Positions 33,007 through 44,477 are shown, counted from the first letter of the stretch. The stretch: DNA of 64,000 nt from Trichormus sp. ATA11-4-KO1 (GCA_019358915.1 JAHHIM010000003.1:121356-185355); one strand, 5' to 3'. A program made the numbers and translations. The notes: generated from the sequence alone by a model not told the origin.

Positions 33007-35265
33007 CTACCCTACTGAAAGGATGTGTGCGTGGAAGAATGCCCAAGTGGTGACAATTCCTCCTAAGAGGTAGTGAGCCACACCTACAGCTCGACCCTGA
33101 ATGATGCTCAGAGCGCGAGGCTGAATTGCTGGAGCTACTTTCAGTTTATTATGTGCCCAAACAATGGACTCAATGAGTTCTTGCCAGTAGCCGCGACCAC
33201 TGAATAGGAACATTAAACTGAATGCCCAGACAAAGTGAGCGCCTAAGAAGAGTAGACCATAGGCAGATAGCGCACTGCCGTAGGAGTTGATTACTTGTGA
33301 AGCTTGTGCCCACAAGAAGTCACGCAACCAGCCGTTGATGGTGATAGCACTTTGGGCAAAGTTACCACCAGTAATGTGAGATACATTACCAGCTGCGTCT
33401 ACTGTTCCCCAGACATCTGATTGCATTTTCCAACTGAAGTGGAAAATTACAATCGACAGGGAGTTATACATCCAGAACAGTCCGAGGAACACATGGTCCC
33501 AACCAGATACTTGACATGTGCCACCACGACCTGGACCGTCGCAAGGGAAACGGAAGCCTAGGTTTGCTTTGTCTGGAATCAGACGAGAACTGCGGGCGAA
33601 CAGCACACCTTTGAGCAGAATCAGGACGGTAACGTGAATTGTGAAGGCGTGGATATGGTGAACTAAAAAGTCCGCCGTACCCAAAGCAATGGGCATCATT
33701 GCTACTTTGCCACCTACAGCCAAGATACCGCCGCCAAAGGCATAACTAACTGGTTCTAAAGCATTGGGAGCAGTGCCACCAGGAGCCAGGGTGTGCAGGT
33801 TTTGCACCCACTGAGCAAATACTGGCTGCAACTGAATTGCTGTGTCGGAGAACATGTCTTGGGGACGTCCCAAGGCACGCATTGTGTCGTTGTGGATGTA
33901 CAGTCCGAAGCTGTGGAAGCCGAGGAAAATACACACCCAGTTCAGGTGAGAGATGATAGCATCCCGGTGACGAATCACCCGATCTAGTACGTTGTTTTGG
34001 TTAACAACAGGATCGTAATCACGCACCATGAAGATAGCCGCGTGAGCCGCACCACCAACGATCAGGAAGCCACCTATCCACATATGGTGAGTGAATATAC
34101 ACAATTGCGTAGCGTAGTCCGTTGCCAAGTACGGATACGGGGGCATTGCGTACATGTGGTGAGCAATGATGATCGTCAGTGAACCCAAGAAAGCAAGGTT
34201 AGTTGCCAACTGAGCGTGCCAGGAAGTGGTCATGTTTTCGTAGAGACCCTTGTGACCTTCACCAGTGAAGGGACCTTTATGGTTTTCTAGGATCTCTTTA
34301 ATGCTGTGACCGATACCCCAGTTGGTACGGTACATGTGACCAGCAACGATGAACAGGACTGCGATCGCCAGGTGGTGATGAGAAATATCTGTCAACCACA
34401 AGCCGCCTGTTACTGGATTTAGACCGCCCTTGAAGGTGAGGAAGTCAGCATACTGACCCCAGTTCAAGGTGAAGAATGGTGTTAAACCATTGGCAAAGCT
34501 GGGATATAGCTCTGTCAGCAAGTCTTTGTTCAGAATGAACTCGTGGGGCAGGGGTATGTCTTTAGCAGCCACACCTGCATCCAAAAGTTTGTTGACTGGT
34601 GCGGACACATGAATCAAGTGTCCAGCCCATCCCAAGGAGCCACAACCTAGCAATACTGCCAAGTGGTGATTCAGCATAGACTCCACATTCTGGAACCATT
34701 CCAGTTTGGGAGCGCGCTTGTGGTAATGGAACCAACCAGCGAACAAGAACAAGCCTGCTAGTACCAAGCCGCCAATGGCTGTTACATAAAGCTGGAATGA
34801 GCTTGTAATACCCCAGCCACGCCATACTTGGAACAAGCCAGAGGTGATTTGAATACCGTGGAAGCCTCCACCGACATCACCATTTAAAATGTCTTGTCCA
34901 ACAATAGGCCAAACGACTTGAGCACTAGGACTCACATTTAAGGGGTCGCTTAACCAGGCTTCGTAATTCGAGAACTTAGCGCCGTGGAATAACATCCCGC
35001 TTAACCAAATCGCCACTACAGCAAGGTGCCCGAAGTGTGCCGCGAAGATTTTACGGGAAATGTCTTCTAAATCGCTTGTATGTGTATCAAAATCGTGGGC
35101 GAGTGCATGAAGGTTCCAAATCCATGTGGTGGTTTTGGGCCCTCTGGCTAAGGATCTGTCAAAGTGCCCCGGCTTTGCCCATTTTTCAAATGAGGTAGGA
35201 ACCGGATCTTTATCGACTATGACTCTTGCCTTTTTTTCCTCTCGCTCCGGAGGACTAATCGTCAT
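33007..35265 (-). CDS. psaA: photosystem I P700 apoprotein A1
   Basis: [24 protein letters not shown]. Confidence 0.99.
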   Translation of the reverse strand: MTISPPEREEKKARVIVDKDPVPTSFEKWAKPGHFDRSLARGPKTTTWIWNLHALAHDFDTHTSDLEDISRKIFAAHFGHLAVVAIWLSGMLFHGAKFSNYEAWLSDPLNVSPSAQVVWPIVGQDILNGDVGGGFHGIQITSGLFQVWRGWGITSSFQLYVTAIGGLVLAGLFLFAGWFHYHKRAPKLEWFQNVESMLNHHLAVLLGCGSLGWAGHLIHVSAPVNKLLDAGVAAKDIPLPHEFILNKDLLTELYPSFANGLTPFFTLNWGQYADFLTFKGGLNPVTGGLWLTDISHHHLAIAVLFIVAGHMYRTNWGIGHSIKEILENHKGPFTGEGHKGLYENMTTSWHAQLATNLAFLGSLTIIIAHHMYAMPPYPYLATDYATQLCIFTHHMWIGGFLIVGGAAHAAIFMVRDYDPVVNQNNVLDRVIRHRDAIISHLNWVCIFLGFHSFGLYIHNDTMRALGRPQDMFSDTAIQLQPVFAQWVQNLHTLAPGGTAPNALEPVSYAFGGGILAVGGKVAMMPIALGTADFLVHHIHAFTIHVTVLILLKGVLFARSSRLIPDKANLGFRFPCDGPGRGGTCQVSGWDHVFLGLFWMYNSLSIVIFHFSWKMQSDVWGTVDAAGNVSHITGGNFAQSAITINGWLRDFLWAQASQVINSYGSALSAYGLLFLGAHFVWAFSLMFLFSGRGYWQELIESIVWAHNKLKVAPAIQPRALSIIQGRAVGVAHYLLGGIVTTWAFFHAHILSVG

Positions 35266-35517
35266 TCGACCTCCTCTCTTGATAAGGAATGAGGAATCAT
35301 GAATACCACAAAGTTAACCTTAGTCGCAAACTACAGAAATTTCCTGGAGCAGTGATTGAAGACTCTATGTGGAAGTTTGTTTCTGTTGAATTATAGAGTC
35401 TTGACTGGTACATTGTTAGACACATTTTAACAATAATTCAAATTCCCTGAAATAATTGCCTTATCTGCTTTTTAACTTCAAACACTTGAGCAAAAAGTCA
35501 AGGGTTTCTTCATTTAA

Positions 35518-35535
35518 TTTACAAAGGATAACAAT
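35518..35535. promoter_or_regulatory. HLR1-like (RpaB) direct repeat upstream of psaA
   Basis: TTTACAAA-GG-ATAACAAT resembles (G/T)TTACA(T/A)(T/A)-N2-repeat; psaA is a known RpaB target. Confidence 0.4.
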
Positions 35536-35792
35536 TCGTAAAATTTATAAGTTGAGGCAATATATCTGGCATTAGAGCCTTTGCTACAGTTATTCCTGGA
35601 ATTTCTTTCATGTTTCAATTGCTACGGGAAAAACTGTTAAGATTATTAATGATTTTGCAGTTACTCCAGAAAGGCAAAAGAAAAGATTATGGCATCTGGG
35701 ATAGATTTCACCTTTTGAGCTATGGTGTCCGATGGACAGTTTAAGCCAAAATAACTTGTCTGTTACTGACGACTATCACCAGGGTAAAAGGC

Positions 35793-37286
35793 ATGAAATC
35801 GTGGCACAAAGCGGTGTTATATCCGATCTTCTCTTTGAGATTTACTATTTTTAAATGGCTGATGACATTAGTGCTGGTCTTGAGTTTAACCAGTTGTAGT
35901 GAAAAAGCTGGTAGCCAAGAAGCGTCTGTTAACTATAGAGAAAACCGTTCACAGACTTCTCAGATTTCTCAACAATTTTCAGAAGTCTCACCACCAGAAG
36001 TGATTCAAGAATTACGCCCCACTTTAGAAGTTTATCGTCCACACGTGACCATAGTTACTCCCCAACCAAATGCAGTTATCCAAGAGAACACAGTCTCAGT
36101 CAGCTTTCAGGTAAAGGATTTACCAATATTCAAAGATGCTCAACTGGAATTAGGCCCCCATTTACACGTAATTCTCGATAACCAACCTTATATAGCTGTA
36201 TACGACCTAAATCAACCTCTAGTTTTGTCAGACTTATCCCCTGGTACACATACCCTGCGCGTCTTTGCTTCTCGTCCCTGGCACGAAAGCTTTAAAAATG
36301 AAGGTGCTTATGCCCAGACAACATTTCACGTTTTTACCACAACCGACGACAATAACCCAGATTCGGATCTGCCTGTCTTAACTTACAGCCGTCCTAAAGG
36401 CGACTATGGAGCAGAACCAATTTTACTGGACTTTTACTTAACTAACGCTCCTTTACGCCTTGCCGCTAAAGACAATCCCAACGACACAATTAGTGATTGG
36501 CGCATTCGCTGCACAATCAATGGCGAAAGTTTCATTTTAGATCGCTGGCAGGCAATTTATCTTAAGGGTTTCCAACCTGGTAAAAACTGGGTAAAACTGG
36601 AATTTCTCGATAATCAGGGAAATCCTGTAAAAAATGCTTTCAACACCACAGCTAGATTAATTAATTACCAGCCCAAGGGTAAAGACACCCTTTCCAGAAT
36701 TGTTAGAGGAGAACTGAAAGCTGATGAGGTGCGTGGAATTGTAGACCAAAATTACGTTAAGAAACCAGCTATTGAACCTACGCCTGCACCTGCTGTGGAA
36801 AAAATACCAGAACCACAGCTCACTCCAAAAACTGATTTACAACAACCTGAAGAACCAGAAAGTCCCAGCGTTGAACCATCACCTAGCTTACCGCCGACAC
36901 TACCAGAGATTATTGAGTCCCCAAAACCAGAGGTAACACCTACACCTGAAGCGAGTGAAGAACCAGAAACAATAACACCTGAGCCAGAAAAGTCGAGATT
37001 TGGCAAATTCTTCAACCGTCGCCCTAGTCCCAATGTTGAACCATCACCTACTTTACCGCCGACACTACCAGAGATTATTGAATCCCCAAAACCAGAGGTA
37101 ATACCTACAGATGAACCAACGCTGTTACCTACGAAAATTGCTCCCAATCCAGAAAAACCAGAATTAAAACGATATTTCAATCCGCGTCAGCTGCCAAATG
37201 TCACACCATCTCCCAATGTGGTACCTACACCAGAACAGGAGCAAAAAGCTGGGGAATACAGAGTTACCAGCACGGAAAATAATTAG
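35793..37286 (+). CDS. putative lipoprotein with a Pro/Glu-rich repetitive C-terminus
   Basis: Lipobox LTSC; GPHLHVILDNQPY; PWHESFKN; duplicated VEPSP.LPPTLPEIIESPKPEV. Confidence 0.75.
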   Translation: MKSWHKAVLYPIFSLRFTIFKWLMTLVLVLSLTSCSEKAGSQEASVNYRENRSQTSQISQQFSEVSPPEVIQELRPTLEVYRPHVTIVTPQPNAVIQENTVSVSFQVKDLPIFKDAQLELGPHLHVILDNQPYIAVYDLNQPLVLSDLSPGTHTLRVFASRPWHESFKNEGAYAQTTFHVFTTTDDNNPDSDLPVLTYSRPKGDYGAEPILLDFYLTNAPLRLAAKDNPNDTISDWRIRCTINGESFILDRWQAIYLKGFQPGKNWVKLEFLDNQGNPVKNAFNTTARLINYQPKGKDTLSRIVRGELKADEVRGIVDQNYVKKPAIEPTPAPAVEKIPEPQLTPKTDLQQPEEPESPSVEPSPSLPPTLPEIIESPKPEVTPTPEASEEPETITPEPEKSRFGKFFNRRPSPNVEPSPTLPPTLPEIIESPKPEVIPTDEPTLLPTKIAPNPEKPELKRYFNPRQLPNVTPSPNVVPTPEQEQKAGEYRVTSTENN

Positions 37287-37303
37287 CTTTCAGGAGGCAG
37301 TGT

Positions 37304-38248
37304 TTAACTAAAGATACTCAACTGTAACCCTTGCGATAAAGCCTGAATAAAAGCGATCGCTCCTACTGGATTTCCTGCTATATCTAAGGCGGGACTGTAG
37401 CAAGCGATCGCACCTGCATTTGGTACGATAACTAATAATCCACCACTAATCCCGGATTTCATTGGTAAACCAATCTTGACGGCGAGCTGGGCAGAAGCTT
37501 CGTACAGCCCACAGGTTAACATTACAGCATTGACAATTTGGCGATGTTGTGTTTCTAATAAGCTATGTTCACAAGCTAAAAGTTTTCCTAACAAAGCTAG
37601 ATCTTTAACTCGTCCGGATATACAGCATATTTGCTCATAAGTGTCAAGGGCTAATTCAGGATGATCTAAATGTCCTGTGGCGGTAAGATAATTGGCGATC
37701 GCTTGATTAGCTGGAGAACGTAATGAGCGCACTGAAGCCAACATTCCCTCATCTAACTGAAGTTGACAACCTGCTAATTGGTTCAGCCATTGACAAAATA
37801 GTTGAGTGCGTTGGTTACCATCTTTTCCTGGTAACTTATCAGCCAGAGTGATAGCGCCACTATTAATCATGGGATTGCGGGGGTGTCCAGCATCAGCAAT
37901 TAATTGCTCTAAAGAATTAAATGGTGCATTGGAGGGTTCAACCCCAACCCATTGCAGAACTGTCTCTATTCCTAGATGTTCCAAAAGATAAAGCAAAGAA
38001 AACGGCTTGATTGCACTCATCAATGGAAACACACAAGCCGTGTCTCCTTGACTAAAAGTTTGCCCGGATTCACAGCAAATGTAAACGGCAAACCAACCAG
38101 GATTAGCCACAGCTAATTGGGGAATGCGATCGCTAACTTTTCCTTTTAAGGCTGCGGTTTTGGCTTGTTGTACCCAAGTTGAGAAATCTGTACTAGCTAA
38201 TCTGTCAATCCATGCCATGAGAAAATGAATAAGCTGAGTCCACGGCAA
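37304..38248 (-). CDS. glsA: glutaminase (start uncertain)
   Basis: FPLMSAIKPF, GVEPS..PFNS, NPMINSGAI, PMKSGISGG. Confidence 0.9.
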   Translation of the reverse strand: MPWTQLIHFLMAWIDRLASTDFSTWVQQAKTAALKGKVSDRIPQLAVANPGWFAVYICCESGQTFSQGDTACVFPLMSAIKPFSLLYLLEHLGIETVLQWVGVEPSNAPFNSLEQLIADAGHPRNPMINSGAITLADKLPGKDGNQRTQLFCQWLNQLAGCQLQLDEGMLASVRSLRSPANQAIANYLTATGHLDHPELALDTYEQICCISGRVKDLALLGKLLACEHSLLETQHRQIVNAVMLTCGLYEASAQLAVKIGLPMKSGISGGLLVIVPNAGAIACYSPALDIAGNPVGAIAFIQALSQGLQLSIFS

Positions 38249-38930
38249 CAGTACCGAAGCGATAACCTTTGCCGTAAACAGTATGAATCAATTGAGTTTC
38301 TTTGCCTACCTCAATCTTACGCCGCAGTAGGCGGATTAATGCAGCTATCACATTACTACTAGGTTGTTCACTATCTTGCTGCCATAAATTTTGGAGAATT
38401 TGGGCGTGAGTCAGTAATTGTCCGGTGTTTTCCATAAAATATTGTAGCAACTGACTTTCTTTTTGGGATAACTCGATAATTCGTCCTTGACGGTAAGCCA
38501 CTTGGTTTTCGTAATCAAGTTCTAAATCAGCTACACTTAATCGTCCAGTAGTAGTGTCATAGCTGTGGGAACCGGAACGACGCAACAAAGCACGGACTCG
38601 CGCTAATAACTCCCGCAATTCAAACGGTTTGACTAAATAATCATCTGCACCAGCATCTAAACCTTCTACGCGGTCATCTAAAGTATCTTTAGCCGTGAGA
38701 AACAGCACAGGAGTAGCTTTACCTTGGCGGCGCAATTTTTGGCAAATCTCTAAACCTGTTTTTCCTGGCAGCATCCAATCTAAAATCAGTAGATCATAAC
38801 TACCTGCTGCTGCCAGTTCGCTACCAGTTGTACCATCATAAGCCGTATCCACACTATAACCCTCACGTATTAATACGCGACTTAAAGGGTCAGTTAATTC
38901 AACTTCATCATCAACTAATAAAATTCTCAT
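38205..38930 (-). CDS. OmpR-family response regulator (RppA-like)
   Basis: MRILLVDDE, LDWMLP, GADDYLVKPF, IHTVYGKGYRF. Confidence 0.9.
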   Translation of the reverse strand: MRILLVDDEVELTDPLSRVLIREGYSVDTAYDGTTGSELAAAGSYDLLILDWMLPGKTGLEICQKLRRQGKATPVLFLTAKDTLDDRVEGLDAGADDYLVKPFELRELLARVRALLRRSGSHSYDTTTGRLSVADLELDYENQVAYRQGRIIELSQKESQLLQYFMENTGQLLTHAQILQNLWQQDSEQPSSNVIAALIRLLRRKIEVGKETQLIHTVYGKGYRFGTVAVDSAYSFSHGMD

Positions 38931-39053
38931 GCTGCTTTTGGTAAGCAATAGAGATATTCTCAATAATAAATGAATTGTCAAGACCAGGACACTTGCTTGC
39001 AGGGATTCCCCTGTTGTGCAAATTTTCCGTAGCCAAAGATACCACGAAAAATT

Positions 39054-39698
39054 ATGCTCACTGTTGCGTTACCGAAAGGGGAACTACTTAAAAATAGCAT
39101 CCGCCTGCTGCAATCCGTAGGATTGGATTTTAGTGCTTTTTTAGATTCTGGAACCCGCCAACTTCAGATTCCCGATGCTAGCGGGCAAGCAAAAGGACTG
39201 TTGGTGCGGGGACAAGATGTGCCTGTGTATGTAGAATATGGTCAGGCACAACTGGGAATTATCGGTTACGATGTGCTGCGAGAAAAAAAGCCGCAAGTTG
39301 CACATTTAGTTGATTTACAGTTTGGTTACTGTCGGATGTCAGTGGCTGTCAAAGCATCTAGTTCCTATAAATCACCTTTAGATTTACCGCCTCATGGGCG
39401 AGTTGCTTCTAAATATGTTAATTGCGCTCGTGAATATTTCCATAGTCTAGATTTACCTATAGAAATAGTACCCTTGTATGGTTCAGTAGAACTAGGCCCA
39501 ATTACGGGGATGTCTGAGGCGATCGTGGATTTGGTTTCTACAGGGCGGACTTTACGAGAAAATGGTTTAATCGAAATTACTACCTTGTATGAAAGTACAG
39601 CGCGGCTAATCGCCCATCCTCTAAGTTATCGCCTCAACACAGGTAATTTACATAGATTAGTCGAGCAACTGCGAGAGACTACTTTAGCAGGCGTTTAA
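39054..39698 (+). CDS. hisG: ATP phosphoribosyltransferase, short form
   Basis: [32 protein letters not shown]. Confidence 0.97.
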   Translation: MLTVALPKGELLKNSIRLLQSVGLDFSAFLDSGTRQLQIPDASGQAKGLLVRGQDVPVYVEYGQAQLGIIGYDVLREKKPQVAHLVDLQFGYCRMSVAVKASSSYKSPLDLPPHGRVASKYVNCAREYFHSLDLPIEIVPLYGSVELGPITGMSEAIVDLVSTGRTLRENGLIEITTLYESTARLIAHPLSYRLNTGNLHRLVEQLRETTLAGV

Positions 39699-39760
39699 GT
39701 ACAAAATTCAGCGCCTTGTGTTCCCCAAAAAATCTCCAAAATAATTTATACCTTCTGGAG

Positions 39761-39941
39761 TAAGTAGGACAGTGTAAATAATTACAGGTTTGTAGTGTAA
39801 ACCCCTACGGGCATAGCTGTGCGGTAAGCAAAGCTATACTTGCAGGGCTTTACAAAAAAGGTTTAAAGCCCTGACTACAAAATCATTTCAATTATTTTAA
39901 GTTACTTAACATAGTTTGATTTATTTCTGCTGACTTATTTA
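39761..39941. mobile_element. degenerate MITE-like element
   Basis: Imperfect terminal IRs (TAAGTAGGACAGTGTAAATAA / TTATTTCTGCTGACTTATTTA, ~15/21); internal hairpin TTGTAG..CTACAA. Confidence 0.4.
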
Positions 39942-39985
39942 ACTACATAAAGACGGTAACTGAAAATTGCCATTTCAGTACTTTT

Positions 39986-41824
39986 ATGAGAATCGTGCAT
40001 AGACCACATAATAAAGTTTATGAGGGTGTTGTAGCAGTCAGGAAAATTGGCAAATTGGGTGAGACGCTGATGGCTAATTTATGGCGAACTGTGCAGAAGT
40101 GGTGGATGGAAGTGATTCCTCCACCAACTACAGGTGCATTTTCTGTTGAATACCAAGCTTGGCGCACTCACTTTTTGTGGCAGAGATTGCGTTTATGGTT
40201 ATGGATTGGTCTGATTTGCGTGTTTACGTTTATTCTCAGAGACGTTTACAACTTTTTTTTCCCCCTCAAAGAGTTTGAAAAGTTGCCCAGTATACTGAGG
40301 AATCAAGGGTTGATGATAAATTTAGCCATCCTGCTGAGTTTACTTATCTGCCTAGCTTTGCACAAATCTCAATTCGGTCGTCGTCATCCAGAAATTGTAT
40401 TTTTAGGCTTATCTTGGTCAATAACTCTAAGTGGACAGATATTTTCGACGATTAAAGGTTTCGCCGTACCCGATATTGTCACCTGGACTTTAGTATTTTT
40501 AAGTCAAGTCACATTCATGCCAGTTTACTGGCAAATGCACTTAATGTCTCAATTGGGTTTGCTGATTTACTATTTTGGTGTAAACACAACTCTGGGGCTA
40601 AAAGTACCACTGTCTAACCAAACAGATATTTATAGTGTGACTTTGGTTTTATACCTTTTTTGGTTTTGCCTGATATGTAATATTGGTGTTTATTTGTACG
40701 ATCGCCTGCAACACTCTGAGTTTAACGCCCGCAAAGAACTGGAGTCTGCTAATCAAAAACTCAAAGTTGCTGAGGCTAAGTATCGCAGTATTTTTGAAAA
40801 TGCAGTTGAAGGTATTTTCCAAAGTAGCCCTAATGGAAGTTACATTACGGCTAATCCGGCATTAGCCACTATCTATGGTTACTCATCTCCAGAAGAAGTC
40901 ATAGATAAGTTTACTGATATTGAACATCAGTTGTATGTTAATCCCCATCGTCGTGCCGAGTTTGTGCGCTTGATGGAACAGCAGGGGATTATCTCGGAAT
41001 TTGAATCCCAAATTTATCGTCGAGATGGCAGCATCGTGTGGATTGCGGAAAAAGCATATGCAGTCCGTGACGAACAGGGACAATTACTTTATTATGAAGG
41101 GTTAATTGAAGACATCACACAGCGCAAGCAAGCTGAGTCAGCACTCAAAGTATTTTTTCATGCAGTTTCCCATGACTTACGCAACCCGGTGCTAGGGACG
41201 TTAATGGTACTGAAAAATTTACTTGAGCGTGAGGGAGTTGAAAGTGAAACCTTAATTCCTGTGTCACGCTCAATTTTAGAGCGGATGGTGCAAAGTAGCG
41301 ATCGCCAACTGAATTTAATTAATTCGTTGATGGAAACTCATATCAATGATGTCCAAGGTTTTATATTACAAAATCAAGCTGTAGAATTACGTACAGTGGT
41401 GGCAGCAGCGATCGCAGATTTACAACCAATGTTGACAAATAATCAAGTAGCGCTAACAAATCTAGTAACTGCTGATTTACCATTAGTAAATGCCGATCCC
41501 ACGCAGCTTTGGCGAGTATTTTCTAACTTAATTGTCAATGCTATTAAACATAATCCTCCTGGGATACTCTTGACAATTGCCGCAATTTTTGAAGGAGATC
41601 AGATTTATTGCACTGTCAGTGACAACGGTTTAGGAATTAGTCAAGAACAAAGAGAACGGCTTTTTGACCTTTACTTTCGCGGGGGTAACAACCATAATTC
41701 TGTGAGTTTGGGATTAGGGTTGTACTTATGTAAGCAAATCATTAAGGCTCACGGTGGTGAAATTGGTGTGAACAGTGGATTGGCAGCAGGGACAACATTT
41801 TGGTTTACATTACCTGTTAAGTAG
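39986..41824 (+). CDS. membrane PAS-domain sensor histidine kinase (true start may be ~40070)
   Basis: Multi-TM N-terminus, PAS (YRSIFENAVEGIFQ), H-box VSHDLRNP, N and G boxes. Confidence 0.9.
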   Translation: MRIVHRPHNKVYEGVVAVRKIGKLGETLMANLWRTVQKWWMEVIPPPTTGAFSVEYQAWRTHFLWQRLRLWLWIGLICVFTFILRDVYNFFFPLKEFEKLPSILRNQGLMINLAILLSLLICLALHKSQFGRRHPEIVFLGLSWSITLSGQIFSTIKGFAVPDIVTWTLVFLSQVTFMPVYWQMHLMSQLGLLIYYFGVNTTLGLKVPLSNQTDIYSVTLVLYLFWFCLICNIGVYLYDRLQHSEFNARKELESANQKLKVAEAKYRSIFENAVEGIFQSSPNGSYITANPALATIYGYSSPEEVIDKFTDIEHQLYVNPHRRAEFVRLMEQQGIISEFESQIYRRDGSIVWIAEKAYAVRDEQGQLLYYEGLIEDITQRKQAESALKVFFHAVSHDLRNPVLGTLMVLKNLLEREGVESETLIPVSRSILERMVQSSDRQLNLINSLMETHINDVQGFILQNQAVELRTVVAAAIADLQPMLTNNQVALTNLVTADLPLVNADPTQLWRVFSNLIVNAIKHNPPGILLTIAAIFEGDQIYCTVSDNGLGISQEQRERLFDLYFRGGNNHNSVSLGLGLYLCKQIIKAHGGEIGVNSGLAAGTTFWFTLPVK

Positions 41825-41961
41825 CAAAAGCAATCTTTCTGTTCACAATGAGCGAATGCCAATTCTCAAAAAGAATGCGACAGGTATGGTTGTAGTCACA
41901 CAGGTTAACGTGAGTGCGATAAGTTGAAAAAACCCCGCTTCCATTCCTCTCCCCTGCAAGG

Positions 41962-42126
41962 CTACGGTGTACACACAAGTCTTAAAATCCCACCTGAAAC
42001 TTGGTTTCGTTGCCCTAGCGCCAAAATTAGCGGGATAAATGGAGTTTCCAGTTGCCCAAAATTAGGGTATTTATGGGGCTAAAAGAGTTGAAACCCTTGC
42101 GGCTTATACTTGTGTGTACACGGTAG
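41962..42126. mobile_element. MITE with 19-bp TIRs inserted in a REP-like hairpin
   Basis: CTACGGTGTACACACAAGT ... ACTTGTGTGTACACGGTAG (1 mismatch); flanks CCTGCAAGG / CCTCGTAGG. Confidence 0.8.
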
Positions 42127-42210
42127 CCTCGTAGGAGAGGGAGGCTGGGAGGGAGAGGTTCGGCGAAACTCAGTCAAGCTGCACTCAGCACTGTTTCTTG
42201 AAAGGCTCTT

Positions 42211-42591
42211 TTACAGCCAATCTTTATAAGCCGAAATTTCATTGATGCCAATTTCAAATGGCATTCCTTTACCAAATGGCGGATAAACACGAATCTTAGC
42301 GTTACGGGTAAATCGCTCTAGTCGATTTCCTAACTGAGGAATGTTGCTGACTATATGCCAGTAAGATACTATGTCAGGACAGTCAATGATTAGCATCAAG
42401 GTGATGCCATTCTTGGTAAGATACCACTGACAGTTAGACAATAGAACTTGCGTAATGCGATCGCAAGCGTGAAAAAAGCATCTACCAGTAGATCGTTCCA
42501 GTTCCAGATGCAGCATTCCATCCTGTTTCGTCACCTCGGTTGGAGGTAAATCATCAGGAGGAAGCAAGTGTAGTTTAGACATAATTCTCAA
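42211..42591 (-). CDS. hypothetical protein (nif-associated cluster)
   Basis: Open frame overlapping the LLM gene end; likely start MSKLHL. Confidence 0.7.
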   Translation of the reverse strand: MRIMSKLHLLPPDDLPPTEVTKQDGMLHLELERSTGRCFFHACDRITQVLLSNCQWYLTKNGITLMLIIDCPDIVSYWHIVSNIPQLGNRLERFTRNAKIRVYPPFGKGMPFEIGINEISAYKDWL

Positions 42592-43579
42592 CCTCTTGGC
42601 TGTAGCGCTGCAAACTCTCTAGGTTCTTTTGCAAAGTCAAAGACGAGGGTTTGAGTGCTAGTGTACCGAGATTTAACTCGTCCTGAAATTTCTTGATTCT
42701 GCCCTGACAAGTCCTCACATCACCAATAATTGAGTTCTCAAGCAAATAGTCTTCATCGAAACAAATGTTTGTCCGATCAAATGGCTTTTGGTTGGGATTT
42801 GAGCTTTTCTGCATTACGTAAGCAGAATTGGCTTGCATTTTTTGGCTGAATTTGCGGATGAATGGTAACGCCTCACTCACTGCTTCATTGTAGGTTTTAC
42901 CTACATAAAAGAAGCGCGCCAATACAAGCTTTTCTGAGCCACTAGAATTTAAGGCTCGATATTTAGCCACAGTATTCTTCAATCTTTCTAGAGAGAACGG
43001 CGGCCCTCCCATCAAGCTGAAGGAATTTTGGGCAGCAAATTCTATACCTTGATCATCACCACTGGCGATATAAACTGGAATTTGACGTTGCAATGGTTTA
43101 GGGAAAATTGTCAGGCGATCGCATTGATAATAATGCCCATTAAATGACACGTCAGTTTCATATAAAAGCTTTTGAATCAATGCCATTGCCTCTAGCATTT
43201 TGACACGAGATTCACCCATAGGTGTGGCAAAATGCTTGTTGTGATCGGGAAAAGGCCCTCCTTTAGCAATCCCAAATAACAATCGTCCATTGCACAAATT
43301 ATCCAGGGTGGCTATATCTTCCGCTACCCGAATCGGGTTGTGGAATGCCAATAACACCGCCGCCGTACCTAATTTAATCTTTGAGGTAAGTCCCGCTAAA
43401 TGTGCCATCAACAGCAACATAGATGAGCTGAGATTGAATTCATTAAAATGATGCTCACTCAACCAGGCTGACTCAAAACCTAAGCTTTCCGCCTGTTGGA
43501 CTAGCGCGATTTGTTCAAAAATCGTGCGGCGGGTATCTTGATGATGATTTTCGTAATTGCAGAAAAGTCCAGTTTTCAT
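42575..43579 (-). CDS. luciferase-like (LLM) flavin-dependent monooxygenase
   Basis: AESLGFESAWLSEHHF, HNPIRVAEDIATLDNL..GRL..G. Confidence 0.9.
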   Translation of the reverse strand: MKTGLFCNYENHHQDTRRTIFEQIALVQQAESLGFESAWLSEHHFNEFNLSSSMLLLMAHLAGLTSKIKLGTAAVLLAFHNPIRVAEDIATLDNLCNGRLLFGIAKGGPFPDHNKHFATPMGESRVKMLEAMALIQKLLYETDVSFNGHYYQCDRLTIFPKPLQRQIPVYIASGDDQGIEFAAQNSFSLMGGPPFSLERLKNTVAKYRALNSSGSEKLVLARFFYVGKTYNEAVSEALPFIRKFSQKMQANSAYVMQKSSNPNQKPFDRTNICFDEDYLLENSIIGDVRTCQGRIKKFQDELNLGTLALKPSSLTLQKNLESLQRYSQEVENYV

Positions 43580-43595
43580 GTTAGCGATCGCTATT

Positions 43596-43961
43596 TTAAG
43601 TTGCCACCCATTGCAGCTCCAACCATAAGCGGGGATTGGTATGCTTGAGCTTCGACATCGGATCGCGTAGCAACCGCTTCGCGTTCATACAAACCACTTG
43701 AACTAGCCCCATATTATCTGCTAGTTCTCTAAGTACGTCTTTTTGAGCTTGCACATAGGGAAGCATTTCTTCAGAACAATAAATCCCTATATATTGCAAG
43801 CGTCTAGCCGGTCGTCCCCAGAAACAGGTGATGACTTTCACATGACACCCGTCCAATAGTTCCCCAAGCTTTGGGTAATAGTGACCGACGACTCTTGTGA
43901 ATTCTTTAGCTAGGATATCTTCAGCAATCATTTCAACTGATATTTCTGTAGCGTTCATCAC
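43596..43961 (-). CDS. hypothetical protein
   Basis: 121-aa ORF just upstream of the LLM gene, same strand. Confidence 0.7.
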   Translation of the reverse strand: MMNATEISVEMIAEDILAKEFTRVVGHYYPKLGELLDGCHVKVITCFWGRPARRLQYIGIYCSEEMLPYVQAQKDVLRELADNMGLVQVVCMNAKRLLRDPMSKLKHTNPRLWLELQWVAT

Positions 43962-44163
43962 GCTATTTAATATAACATATTTTTGTCAGTTAAGCATGAT
44001 AAATAATGCTATTCTACTCTGAATTGTTATTAAAATAAATATAAAAAAATGAGGCGTACTTTTAGTTTAGTATCACCTCATCTATTTTGAAGTCTTAAAG
44101 TAAGAAAATCAAAATTTTCGGTTTTAATTAACACGTAGTTGGAATTTTGAATCTTAATTATTT

Positions 44164-44475
44164 TTATCGAGTCTTGCGCTCGGCAACCAAGACTTCAGCC
44201 ACCATCTCTGGCACATTTACGAAGTCCGTAAATCCCTCTGAAGCAGGGATAGGTGAAATAAAAGTATAGTTTGGGTCACACATTCCCGTGTCGTAAACTT
44301 GAATAAACCACCTATCAGGAAACCCCTCTACACCCAATTCTACAACGTACCAACTCTCACCAAATAATCGAGAATTAAAGATTGTAAACCACTCCCTATG
44401 ATCTTCTGAAATATTCCAGTCTGCCATGAGGAATTCTAGCGCGATTTGTCCAGCGTCGGTTTCAGTCAGCAGCAT
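44164..44475 (-). CDS. hypothetical acidic protein
   Basis: RBS GGAG; 2 nt from the upstream stop. Confidence 0.75.
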   Translation of the reverse strand: MLLTETDAGQIALEFLMADWNISEDHREWFTIFNSRLFGESWYVVELGVEGFPDRWFIQVYDTGMCDPNYTFISPIPASEGFTDFVNVPEMVAEVLVAERKTR

Positions 44476-44477
44476 CT

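Noticed and set aside
30660..35265. Divergent or far-red-light psaAB
   Set aside because: The sequences look like standard Nostocales PsaA/PsaB, and no FaRLiP genes are nearby
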